Source: Octopus vulgaris | Lineage: Eukaryota | Length of the DNA stretch: 64,000 nucleotides | Assembly (NCBI GenBank): GCA_951406725.2 | Contig: OX597817.1 | Span: forward strand, 134,292,001-134,356,000 | Direction of reading: 5' to 3' | Shown: positions 13,441 through 27,900 of the stretch, piece after piece | How positions within the stretch are numbered: the first letter of the stretch is position 1 | Layout of the letters: each line of letters starts with the position of its first letter | Position numbers and translations under genes: made by a program | The notes under the pieces: model-generated | Database searches by the model: none | Told to the model about the DNA's origin: nothing | What the model saw: only the letters and a program-made list of their open reading frames with translations

Positions 13441-14429
13441 AAAAAAAACAACATATTTTGAATATTAGTTGCTTTCTCCCACAAGCTCAAAGACATAAAC
13501 GACATATTTATAGAAGAGTAACAGAATTAATTGAAGTCCTCATAAACCATTACTAACCATTCAACAACTGAAAAGGCCATACTTAAGCCTTACTCCACAT
13601 TTGGTTCCGTGCTTCTGTATATGTCAACATTACACATCCCTGGCAGATTTCAAATATTGGTTATTTAAATTTATACACTAATTAAATGGCCAAATGTCTG
13701 CGATATGGCTTCCTGTTAATAATGTTATAGTTTTTTTCCGATTTGTTAATTGATTCACGAGAGATGAAACGTTTTTGATATTTCAATCGAAATAAAACTG
13801 TGGAATCTGAGGAAAGTAATGACGGCATCTCTCAATCAAAATTGATTTCGTAGAAAGAGGCACAAGGCTGGGAACTAAAGGGAAGGAATGGTCGATGATA
13901 TCGACACCAGTGTTTGAGTCCTACATGATATTATCGACTGCCGAAGAGCAAAAAGCGATTTGATTTCGGTTGGATTTGAACTCAGGAATATCGGCAAATA
14001 TTAAGGACAAAATTTCGTTAATACAAATAAATTACATTATTTTTTTATACAATTTAGTCTTATTAAAAAGGAAGGAAGAGTACACGTGACTGTTTTGTAG
14101 AATCTGTGAGAATGGTGTTAGATAGGAAAATATGTTGTGATCAGGTGACCATAGGATACTAACTTTTCAATAGAATAGGAGGGACAGCACCAATCAGTAC
14201 TGTCTGCAAATTATATCTGGTATTAAAAGACATTAGCAAAGCAAGTTAAGCGGTACATATTAAAAATTAAACCTTACACCAATGACACGAGTGTTAAGAC
14301 TAATACTTAAGGGTGGCTGTAATGTAGGCTGACGGAAGAAGGCGAAGCCGATATTGACAGGAGGAAATAACAAGGACTCTGGCAAATTTAGAAGCAGGAG
14401 TAAGGATTAACACCAGGTGAAAGGAAAGT

Positions 14430-14930
14430 ATCGGTTTCAAATTTTAGCACAAGGCCAGTAATTTGGGGGGAAGGAACTAGTCGATTACATTGACTCCAGT
14501 TATCAACTGGTACTTATTTTAACACATAGAGCGCGACGGGCCACGATCGTGGCGGTCAGGCACAGGTCGACAGGCCACAATCGTGGTCCAGATAGATGCA
14601 TTTAATCTATGGGCGTTTGTTAGGGGTCTAATGTCACTCAAACGCTCCGATATCTCCCCAGAATGCAAGAGGACTAATGACTTTTCAGGTGATGTAAAAC
14701 TTGCCACCATTGTATACTAAGAAGATATTTTAACTATTTTTTGTTTACATAAAAATGTGCTCAGCAGTTTATGCTGTCTAAGTGCAAGTCCCAGCACTTT
14801 ATGGGTTAATGAGTCGAAAGCATAAAAGGCAATGTCGACCTCGACAGAATCTGAACTCAGAATCTGAAGACGGATGAAATGTCGCTGAGTGTTTTTTTTT
14901 TCCGGAAAGCTAACGATTCTGTCTACTCGT
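14430..14930 (-). mobile_element. SINE family B split by a MITE
   Basis: CTGGTACTTATTTTAA|TGAGTCGAAAGCATAAAAGGCAATGTCGACCTC rejoins into the family B core once 14523-14809 is removed. Confidence 0.75.
14523..14805. mobile_element. piggyBac-like MITE
   Basis: TTAA on both sides (14519-14522, 14806-14809); imperfect TIR CACATAGAGCGC vs CCCATAAAGTGC; interrupts a SINE cleanly. Confidence 0.7.
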
Positions 14931-16319
14931 GAGAATATTACATATACAAACAAATATATGAGAAAAATGCAGACGCTCGAACCTGCGTATTTGTTACTTT
15001 TAGTACATCTTCACACGGAGATATAAATGAACATATCTCGTTCATATTGACCTCTCTGCACTTATTCATTAAACCTTCTGTCTACAGCATTCTTATCCTC
15101 TTCATGACTCTTTATATGCGTACGTATATACGCTAAACACACACACACACACACATCTATATATAGTGCTAATGGAATTATAAAACAGAGGACAAGCGCT
15201 CGCATCGGTTACTAAACTGAAAACTTAACCGAACCTGCTTGGCAAGGTGTGTGGTAAATCAAAACATGCTAAATAGTGGATGGACAAAGTAGAATTAACG
15301 GCCATTCAACAGCTTCTCCGCTGTTGAATAATGAGAGTCCCCTAACCTTTGCTTAGACCTCTTCTTCTAAAGGAAAGAAATCACTGATGTAACACCTGTG
15401 ACGTAATTTGCATCGAACGATGGAGACAAGTTCGTCCTTTTGGGAAAATGCAAACGCTGTTTGTAGACTAGGACTGTCCCCATGAGAGAACTTTTAACCT
15501 TAAAAACCACCAGGCACAGGTGTCGCTTGACATCTCTGCTGCGTGTCGCATACCTTGTCTGGCCGTAAATGAAAAAGGCAAAACCTCCAATGAAAAATTC
15601 TGTGGTTCAATGAAGGCATGTTAAAGTGTGGGTAGTAATCTCTCTTAACACCTGCTGCAAGAGGTGCCCATCGTTACTGCATCTATCCTAGCAGCCTGGA
15701 AAGCCACATGCTACCATGGCAGGAGAATGTTTTACAGGGAACAAATATACGTAATAATAAAGTATAACGAAAAGTAGCAGTTTTGAATATAAATGTAGTT
15801 ATCTTGTTGAAATGAAAACTTTTAATGTTTCACTCAACAAATCTTTTATCGAGGAAGAGAACTGGGAGTTCTGTCTGTCGAAGATCATCCAGGGTCAACG
15901 GTATTCTAGCCGTGACATTATTCTTAATGGATATCTTCGTCTACATCACCCAATGTTTTCGTCGTACTTCAGGCTGTAGGATATGATTAGAGGGAGATTT
16001 CGCGGTTATTGCAATCAGATGCGCTACAAGGAAGGGATTACCTCGCTATAAAAAGAAATCGCAAATAACTTACAGATGTCAAACTAACAGTGTTTAGTAC
16101 AGCCACTCTATACAAATAATATTTCATAGTTACACAAACTAGAATTCAGGACACAAACCTTCTAATGATACTCAGAGATATATCTTATGTATATTTTGGC
16201 TCCACACAATGCTTTTAATGGTTATGTCATAAAATTATCACTAATCAAAATAAAATTCAACTCTTCATTAATAAAAAAATTATTTCCAATAAATATATAT
16301 TCATGGTGGATGTCTATTC

Positions 16320-16630
16320 ATTATACAGAGTTTGACCACCTCCTGTACCTACACTTTAGCACCATCATGGCTTCTGATGTGGCTTTTTAAACCAGACAAT
16401 GCTCTGAAAAGACACCCACATAGATTGCACCTCTGATTTGGACCACCAAGACCTCCAGATAAGTTCCGCTCTTTGTGGATCTTAACATGTCTTTTGAGGC
16501 CTCTGTTAGATATACGAGGAGGTGCTGAACATTTCCTGGCTTTAACGTTATCGAGAAAAGGCCTGATTGGGGACCCAACTTTCCCAGTTCTTTTAGAGGT
16601 CTTATAAAAACCGAAGGACGGCTGCAATAA
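16320..16630 (-). mobile_element. 3' fragment of an RTE-like LINE
   Basis: Translates to ...LKRHVKIHKERNLS..RCNLCGCLFRALSGLKSHIRSH.*, a terminal C2H2 finger typical of RTE-group ORF ends. Confidence 0.65.
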
Positions 16631-17569
16631 GTGTGTGAATCTGAGAGAAGAAAATTGTTGAATAAAATCATAATTAACTGATTCTCCTTTATTTTCTTTT
16701 ACCCAAAGACTTTTCCTGCACCCACCTCGTATATACCCGACTCAATAATTTTAATTGTACTCTAAAATCTGATCGACTTTAAGACATCAGTTGACAAAGT
16801 TCCACACGTGCAAAAATAAAATATATCAAGCATCAATTGCATTGTATTTCTGATGGTAATCCTGGCCTTAGACACGTAAAAAAAATATTTTTATGTTGGA
16901 TATTTCCAATCGTTATTTAGATTAAAAGTCTCTTTTTGAGATAATATAGGAAAACTGTAGACACCGAATGGCTAAATATAGAAATCTGCATGGATCGAAA
17001 TTAGATCAAAACTGGAAGCCTTCACCAGACGGAAATCGCAATAATGATCAACGTTTGTAATAACCAACATCAAATAATATTTAAAAGAAAGGAACTTATC
17101 CTGGAAAACCCTCCAATGATGCATCTGTCTTGTTAAAATAATAAGGAATTTAGGATGAAGTGTTCTATTATAGTATTTCATTCGAAACTTTGTCCAGAAA
17201 TTTCAACTCTGTAGGAAAATATATGCCAAGCTACTAATAATATACGATTAAACACGTTCATTGTTTTTCTCGCGCTCGAAGTCCCGCGAGTCCGGTTACA
17301 CGAATTTCACGGTATATGAGTAATCGAAATTACCCCTGAACAGGGCAACTGTAGAGTTCAATGACAGCATTATTTTAGGGAATGGGGCATCTATATCACA
17401 CCGATCCCAGTACGTGTCTGATACTTTATGAAGGATGGCATCGTTGCCTAATATTATAAACTGAAGAGCAAAGATCAATAATAATGAAATACAAAAATAG
17501 ATATAAATGTTGGAAGGTGGCTGCAAATATTAATCAGTTACCATGTAACTTAACGTTCTTAGAGCTGTT

Positions 17570-17770
17570 ACAGGAATACAAAGTGGATATTTTGGCCGGT
17601 ACAAAGTTTAAAAAGTGTTAAAAAGGTAGAAATGAATCTACTCGGAGTTGTGGCCGAGAAGCTTCATTACATCTTTAATCTCATTTACATATGATGTTTT
17701 TGTTTTGTTTCGCACCCCCACATGTCTTGTATTGTCTCCTTCTGTGTGTACCCCTTATGGGAAATAAAAC
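17570..17770 (+). mobile_element. 3' UTR fragment of an L1/Tx1-type element
   Basis: Ends CCCCTTATGGGAAATAAAA, similar to the ends at ~10500 and at 43402 (minus strand). Confidence 0.45.
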
Positions 17771-20700
17771 ATCAGTGTCTGGTATTTTATTTTATCGAAT
17801 CCGATGACAGGAAAGGTAAATTTGTACCGGAATAAATGCTGCTAAGCGTTTCGTCCGACGTCCTAACAAGTCCACCATCTTGCCGTCTAAGTACACCAAT
17901 AACCGAAGTTTATTTTGATAATTGAATTCGAAAATTGGAACTAACATATAATATTTACAACTTTTTGAAATCAAATGAATCATAGATACTTGTCACAAAA
18001 TAATGAATGCCAATTTTTGTCTTGACATTCCTAACGAATATAACAGATCTAAAAATATCACATCTTAATTAACATTTAGAAAATTTAAATTAACCAGAAG
18101 TAAAATAATTTTATAAAATGAAGACTGAAGGCGCAAAAAGCTATTATCTCTCATTGCAAGGATTTACTTCACTGAAATATTAACCAAATACATTCGAGTG
18201 AATGTCATCGTTAATATTTTATTTAATAAACAATACAATATTAAAATATGGAGATTGGTAAATTCGAAAGCTGAAATGTAATAGAAAACTGCTGCAAATA
18301 CGGTGACTCACCTTCATTATACAACCTGGTTGGACATTATTAGATGCTACTTATACTTGCACGTTTCTTTCTCAAACTTGAAATACAATAATCAAATAAA
18401 CGCTATTATTTCACCAACAACAGTTACGGATAAAGAAATAGTACGATGAAATATCAAACAGGAGGTGTAAGAATTACGGAAGGTATACAATAAATGGTGT
18501 ACTCTTTGACGTCCTCACAGATAACATCCTGGTATTTCTAGTAATCAGAGATTGGTTGATACGCGTATCAGTTTCTCTGAAATTCACCTCATCCATTCTT
18601 TTACAAGTAGACGAATGCAAGAAAAACTTTACTCCTAAACAAAGCTGTGAACTGTTCAATTGTGAATAACGTTACTCGTAAAAAGTGCAAACACACGGAG
18701 TAATGTCACCCATGACTCAGGTTGGCTGCCAGTTTGGTATTTGATAATAAACCTCCTTCATTGACAGACAACCTCGTAATAGAATGGCAATGGATAATTA
18801 GCGAATATGTTTGAGATACGGCATACTTTTCATATTCCTATTTGTAACATGGAGCATTTAATGTAAAAGATTAGATACATTTCTATATCGCTGTCTACCT
18901 CGAAGTGCTTAGAAAGGTGCGAAGTTTGGAATGGAGGAATGTAATCTAGAAAAAGGTGAAATATATCCAGTAGATTTCTATAGATGAGTAATTAATTATT
19001 TTTGAAACTGCGGTCATGTGGTGAGGATCAGCTATTAGAGCCGTGACTAAATAATTTCACTCTCCATAGGAAAGTGTACGAAGTTCTAACATACGATAGC
19101 AGATATCAAAGTTTCGTTATTGACGTACAACGTTGATATATTTTGATAGTGTTGCATTATTGGGTCCTTTAACGACAGTAACAGATAACTACAAAAGAAA
19201 AACAATTTGTTAGTTTAGATAAATAAAGTAAACTTATTTATGCTATTAACGTAATTATGAGCGATCGAAGCCAAAACTGAATACGAAAATTCTAATTATT
19301 AGAAGCAAAAATGTGAAGTCGATCCACATTTTATGTCGTAACCGACATTTATTGGGACAAAATTTGAAATAATATACACTTGAAATTAGGAAATCAATAT
19401 TTACGATTGATAGAAAATATAAACGAGATAATTTTAGATTCAATGACATTAGTCTGTCGTAGAAATTAAGTCAGAAAGAAATTATTTTCAGTATCTACGT
19501 TTAAAATATACTTCATGTGTTATTTTAAACGTCAGCTATTTACCATAATTAAATTATCCCAATAATATTTCTCCTTACATGGGCCGTAGACTGCATGAAA
19601 TATAAGAAAAATTAGAGAAAAGCATAGTAATTAATTTTGTGTTGGGGTTAATGTAGTAAAGTTGTGTAATTAAATTGGAAACACCTCAAGTATGGAAGCC
19701 TCATTTAAATTATTCATTCAATACAGACGTCTTGAAGATAAGTAATATTTTGTGCCAAAATGAAGCGAAGCAAAAACCTGATAAGGACATATTTTCCCTA
19801 ATATTTCTTGATTGTTAAACGTCATACCATTCTTTAGAAGAATTATTGTAGATGTCTTCCTCTTTAGCTTCTCCTGTTTTACTTCATTTTTATTCCTTTC
19901 ATCGAACACATCTTGCGATGATTACAAATATGTCAAAGCAATAAATTGCATATCTCATGGAATTTGATAAGTTGTGCATGATATGTGTATTAGAGGTGGA
20001 TTTGTTTATATTTATGTAACGTAATACATCAATATATCAATAATTTATAATGCTTGTTATGACAAAAGAAATTTGAATATAGTTCACAAATATGATATCA
20101 CTTACAGGCTGTACAAATGATGTAAACATCTAAAATACGCAAATCTATTAATTTATCTCAAGGGTATCCAATTAATCATGTTAATTACATCGAAGTTCTC
20201 TTATTTTACTTAAATATTTTGCAGCATTTAATTACGAACTACTTCAAATATGTCGATGAAATACCAGTAAGATATGGAGGCTATTATTACTGAATGTCTT
20301 CGGGGTGTATATATCAAGGACTTGTATCGGTGTAGAAATCGATAATTCTTTTAAACAATAGCCATGAATTAAATCGATCACAGGGTCCGAATCAAGTGTC
20401 ATAACATTTATAGCAAGAACTATATGATAATGGTCGAACGGAAGTTGTAATGATTGCACTTGCATAGTATTAAGAAACTACAAATCCGGAGTCTATCATT
20501 GTATCAGAATATTCTTCGCAAGGTTTTACTAATTGCTAAAATCCCCAAAGAGTTGGAAACCAAGAAAATCTCTCACAGTTTTGGGCTTTTTTATTATACC
20601 CATCTATAAATGTGTCAACCAATTTCCCATGCCGACTTTTTATAGTATATAGAACGTGGAGTTGTGCATTATGTACACTAAATAATTATGTATTATATAT

Positions 20701-21728
20701 ATATTTTTATGACCGACTACAAGTTTCATCCGATGAAAACATCTCAGACAACATTTTTTAACACATCTAGTGATTTCACGCAATCCTCAAGCTATGCCCA
20801 TATGGCACAACAAGCTAAAACAGGACGATAGGATGACAGGAAAGATGAGAAGGGATAGATGTAAAAGGTGGAGAGTCGAAAAATAAGAAATGGGGGGGGG
20901 GTGAACTTTGATTATGTTCCCTTTGGCCGTAAAGTCATATGGCCGAATAGATAGTAGCGTAGAGTCTGCAGTACAGCTACTCAATCTGGAGAGGGTGGTG
21001 TTTTCCAATTCGTTGACAGGAACTTATCCATACATTTGCAACTGCTAAAAATTTCACATCTGGAATTCAGCAGTGCGGTGGAGGTTTTAAATTTGAAATG
21101 GATCTGCGTTCTTTCAGCTACGCAAAGCTTATATTCTTTTTATCCATTGACATTCCATCTTATTGTATTTGGTGTGGCCTTACTTCAAAACTCATACATG
21201 GCTAGCCAACTTAGAGGCTTAACTTTTGTCCCCGTGTCGGAAGGAAGGTATGCGGTTAGAATAGAGACTATTTCTTCCTATTTTATTATTTCTTGTATTT
21301 TCTGTAATTTCTCATCATTGAAAGGAGTATCTTGTTAGATAACATCGAAAGGAATTTGTTTTTCTCCCTTGGGTAACAATAATGTTATTACACTCATCTG
21401 CACCGAGTTTATTACGCGCCAACATACAAATGACCTTCTGTGTGTGTGTGTGTGTGTGTTGAAAGAGTTTCGCACTCGTGTAGGGAAATATGTATATACA
21501 AAGCATACTTCTGCCACAATATGACTGGATGGACACAGGAATAAATACTTACTGAAGATTGCAATGTACTAGAAAATATGATGAAAAAGAAAATTTTGAA
21601 AAAATTCAAATTGACGATAATTATATGATTCCACTCTCGAATATACGTTCTAGGCACAGAGGTGGGTTTGCGGCTTGAGGTTTTCTCACTAACTGCATAG
21701 TTCTCGGGACGACAACCCAAACACAATC

Positions 21729-23405
<1,677 letters not shown>

Positions 23406-23763
23406 GAATGAATGTGGATTAACAATAAAATGAATGTGGATTAACTGTTGAACTGGACGGACGTCTATTTGTTTCTCTCCCGAGTCAGTAGCAAGCTACA
23501 CAGCTTCAAAACTAACTGACCTTAAATATATATATATTTGTAACCACGTGTTTGCCTACAAACCCGTAAGTACGTTTTCATTTAACTACAAATTGTTATA
23601 TACACCTGTTTTTCTTTTAATATCCTCAAACAACCAAATAATCAAAAACTCACACCCTTAAGAGAGAACATTTATATATATATATATACACTTCTTTAAC
23701 TCCCAAGAAAGAATATATATATTTTCAAAAATCAAAAGGAAAACAAACAAAAGAAAAACAAAC

Positions 23764-24992
23764 ATGACTAACTTGCAGGCCTGCAACAGACGAAATTGGT
23801 CTGATAACGAAATTGATGTTTTAATAAACACATGGCTCTCTCTTTCCCAAACAGAAAATCTAAATGTCTTGTGTTTGAATGAGATTGCCGAAAAAACATC
23901 ACAAGTGGTCAACACACGATCCGTCAAACAGATTCGTAGCAAGTTGAAACATATCGAAGTATCTTTCAAACTGATAAGAGGCCATTATGAAAAGCTTCTA
24001 CATATTTTCACAGTTCAAGAACAACAACAGCTAGAAAATCAGCAGCCACAACAACAACAACAACAGAATGAGCCACTCCTGGTTCCTAGCACAATGGCTG
24101 ACCCTGACATCGGTCAGGCACAACAACAACAACAACAGCCACAGCAACAAGAACAACAACAGCCACTCCTCAACTCTAGCTTACTAGACGATTCACTAAA
24201 TGCCAGTATCTTTTCACCGCTCTCACAGCAACCACCACAATTATCATCATCATCATCACCACCGCTGCCACCATCGTCTTCTATCACCAAAAATACCAAC
24301 AGAAAACCAAATAAGAAACCACTGCCCTCTTCCCCCACATCACCACCTCAATACTACTGCAGTAACAAAAACTTAAAGAAACATAGGAAGCAGAATGCGC
24401 CCCCACGGCACAAACAAGAAATCCCCAAATATGCCGCTATTCACTGCGCCAGAGACTCTGCACAAATAGTGACTGCATCTTCACGCATCTACCCGGCACT
24501 AGACGCACTACTGGCCAAGGCCAAAGCACGCATCCCACAATAACATCAACACCACCAAATAGTAAATCGAAATTCAAAACACACACAACTCGGAGTCCCA
24601 AAATCTGCCGGTATTCCCAACGTGAGAGAACATGTCTACTGAGTGACTGTCCCTTCACTCATCTTCCAGGGACCCGACGCACAAACGGAAACGGGGCCTC
24701 AAGCCAACACACAAACCTGAATAACAATAAAAATAGAAACACACCATGCTGCAGTAATGCTGGTCCAGTCTTTTCAGGAAGACACAAAAACAACAACAAC
24801 AAAAGTGGAAACTACAACCCTATCCAACAGTGCAACCACACCTCCAGCCAAAAACTGCTCCCTAAGCAGGAAAATTCTTTTTTAGCCATGGTGAACATGG
24901 CAAAAGAGATACACAAAAACATTCTAGCCATCACTCAACACCATCCTATGCTATTACCCCAGTGCACCAATTCCCCACATTGCTGCCACTAA
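23764..24992 (+). CDS. LINE ORF1: Myb/SANT-like domain, Q/S/P-rich linker and two CCCH zinc fingers (one -1 frame change at ~24387-24425)
   Basis: Frame 1: RRNWSDNEIDVLINTW..EIAEK..RSVKQIRSKLKHI. Frame 3 is open 24387-24992 and encodes PQICRYSLRQRLCTNSDCIFTHLPGTRR and PKICRYSQRERTCLLSDCPFTHLPGTRR. About 409 aa if joined. Confidence 0.8.
24878..24901 (+). promoter_or_regulatory. Candidate -1 ribosomal frameshift site (T TTT TTA) with adjacent hairpin
   Basis: Heptamer 24878-24884 is in X XXY YYZ phase with ORF1 (tcT TTT TTA). The -1 frame is the ORF2 frame, open from 24866. Hairpin GCCATG-gtgaa-CATGGC at 24885-24901. Confidence 0.6.
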
Positions 24993-27900
24993 CACACACA
25001 AAAAATCCAAGCCCCCTGCAACAGTCAAAACCAGCCACTACACTAACCTCCACATTCCTACTCAATGCACAAGGTGTCAGCCCTTCCATCAATGCACAAA
25101 AATGGAAGGTCCAATTCATTGAAGACTGGGTTGGTAACCATTCACACCACATCCCTTTCTTCATTCTCACTGAGACCCACCTTGACAACTCCCACTTGGA
25201 AGCCGAAGTGAGAGTGAAGAATTTCACAACCATCCGCGCGGATCGTATCGGCAGGAGGAAGGGTGGAACTGCCATTTTCCTGCATGATTCATTTACGGCA
25301 GATGGAAATAGTATATTCTCCAACGGCTACTGTGAATCAGTCACCGTGCACAACAAAGCCAATGATCTGACAGTAATTGGGCTCTATAGGCCGCCCCAAA
25401 CACCCATACTGTGCTTTAAAGAATGCCTCAACAGCATTAAGTGCTTTATTCAACAGTGCCATTCTAGCAACATACTCATGATGGGAGACTTCAATCTACC
25501 CTGTGTTGACTGGACTACAAACTGTTTGAAACCAAGCACTCCCGCCTCAACCGCTGACAAAGAAGCAGCAGAGTCACTTTTCGACTTTACGAATGAGTTT
25601 TTCTTGTCCCAACTTGTCCTTGCACCAACAAGACATCAGAACATTTTGGACCTAGTGTTTAGTAACCACACTAACACTATACATAACGTTACAGTGGAAA
25701 AAACCCTTCTTTCAGACCATGACATGGTTCTCTGTAACATGAAATTCCACCAGCCGAAAGCTAATCCTAGTGACCTTCCTCCAGCCCACCCATTTGACAA
25801 CATGGATCTCCATAAAGCCAACTGGGATGCAATCAGGAACGAGCTATCAAATGTTGACTGGTCCTTTACACATACACACATCTCCACCAACCATAAAACA
25901 TCTTGGCAGATCTTTGTAGACACCGTCACAGACATATGTGCAAAACACTCCCCACCAAGACCTGTGAACAAAAAGTGCAGAATCCCCCAAAACAGAAAAA
26001 CCATTATCAGAAAAATAAAAAGAACAAACAAAAAAATTAACAAACTAAAGTACTGCCAACAGCAACACACACATTCGACGGCTATCGCACTGCTTGAATC
26101 CAAAAAATATAACCTCCAACAATGCATGAAGTCCCTCATCAATAACCAAAGATCAGCTGAGGAGAAGTGGGCCATTGAAAAAATCAAACTCAACCCCAAA
26201 GTGTTCTTTTCATTTGCGAGGAAACGCAGGGTCACTGTCTCCACTGTAGGCCCTCTAATTGACGAAACTGGCACTCTCCAAGATAATGCCAAATCCATGG
26301 CCGAGATACTGCAGAAACAATACTGCTCTGTTTTCAGCAATCCTGATATGGCCGATCTGGGCTGTATCAGTGATGTCAACCCCCAACACACTATATCGGA
26401 CATAACGTTTAGTGCCCCTGATGTCTTAGCGGCGATAAACGAAATAAAACACAATTCAGCAGTAGGCCCCGATAGGTTCCCTGCTTGTGTCCTGAAGGTG
26501 TGTCGACACCAACTTGCATCTCCCCTTGCTAATCTGTGGAGAAACTCACTGGATGCTGGCTATATTCCAAAAAACCTTCTGTCCCAGTCTGTTGTCCCAG
26601 TTTTCAAAAAGGGAAACAAGTCCCTTGCAGTGAATTACCGTCCGATCTCACTCACCTCTCATATCATCAAGGTATCTGAGAGGGTGGTGAGATCTCAAAT
26701 AACCCAATTTCTGGAAAGCAACAGACGGCTGATCTCCAACCAACATGGGTTCCGTAATGGAAGGGACTGCCTAACGCAGCTCCTGCATCACTTTGAGGAC
26801 ATTTTGAGAGCTTTGGGAGAGGGCTCCAACACCGATGTCATCTACCTTGATTTCAGTAAGGCCTTCGACAGGGTCGATCACAAGATCCTATTGAAAAAAC
26901 TATCCAACATTGGTGTCTCTGGAAAGTTACTGAAATGGATTAAGTGTTTCCTGACAGACAGATCTCAACATGTTGTAGTTGAAGGGGTAAAATCAAGCCC
27001 AGCCAAAGTCAGTAGTGGCGTTCCGCAAGGCACTGTGCTGGGCCCACTTCTTTTCATCATTTACATTAATGACATTAATGACATCATCAAGCACAGCAAC
27101 ATAAAAATCTTTGCAGATGACTCCAAGCTACAGAAGGTCATAAATGAGGCGAGTGACCGGACATGCCTTCAGTCAGATCTACTGGCTGTTATCCAATGGG
27201 CAGAAAAAAACAATATGCTGCTGAACGAGGATAAATTTGAGCTAATCCACTTTGGAAAAGAGGATGCCCTGAAACTCCCATACTCCCTTCCTTCAGGTGA
27301 AACTCTCGCGGCGTCCAACAACATCAGAGACTTGGGAGTAATTGTGGACAACAACGTAAGCTGGGCCACTCATATAAACACCAAAGTTGACATGGCCCGC
27401 AGAATGTGTTCCTGGATTCTCAGAACTTTCCAGTCGAGAGATATCCACACCATTATCCTTCTCTTCTCCACTTTTGCCCGACCCCACCTTGAATACTGTT
27501 GTCCACTGTGGTCTCCCCACACAATACAAGGTATCATAAAAGTCGAAGCACCTCAAAGGGCAATCACAAAAAAGATAGATGGCATGACAGGCCTCGACTA
27601 TTGGGGTCGACTAGAAAAGCTAAAACTCTATTCTCTCCAACGTCGTCGTGAGCGCTACATCATCTGCATGATGTGGAAAATATTCCATCAGCATTGCCCA
27701 AATGATGTTGGCATCACCTTTAAGGTACATCCAAGGCTTGGGCCCCGTGCCATCCGCCCAAAACAAAAATCGCACTCTCATCTCATAACAACAATACGGC
27801 ACAATTATTTCACCTCAATTGGCCCCGCTCTCTTTAACATTACACCAAAACACATTAAAACAGAAACTGACCCTATAGGGTTCAAGAAGTCTTTGGACAG

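Noticed and set aside
24421-24543. C-terminus of the tracked 259-aa ORF (IPKYAAIHCARD...)
   Set aside because: Probably off-frame; the -1 frame here encodes the repeated CCCH fingers.
25636-26454. 272-aa antisense ORF within LINE ORF2
   Set aside because: No recognisable motif; an expected shadow ORF of an A/C-rich coding strand.
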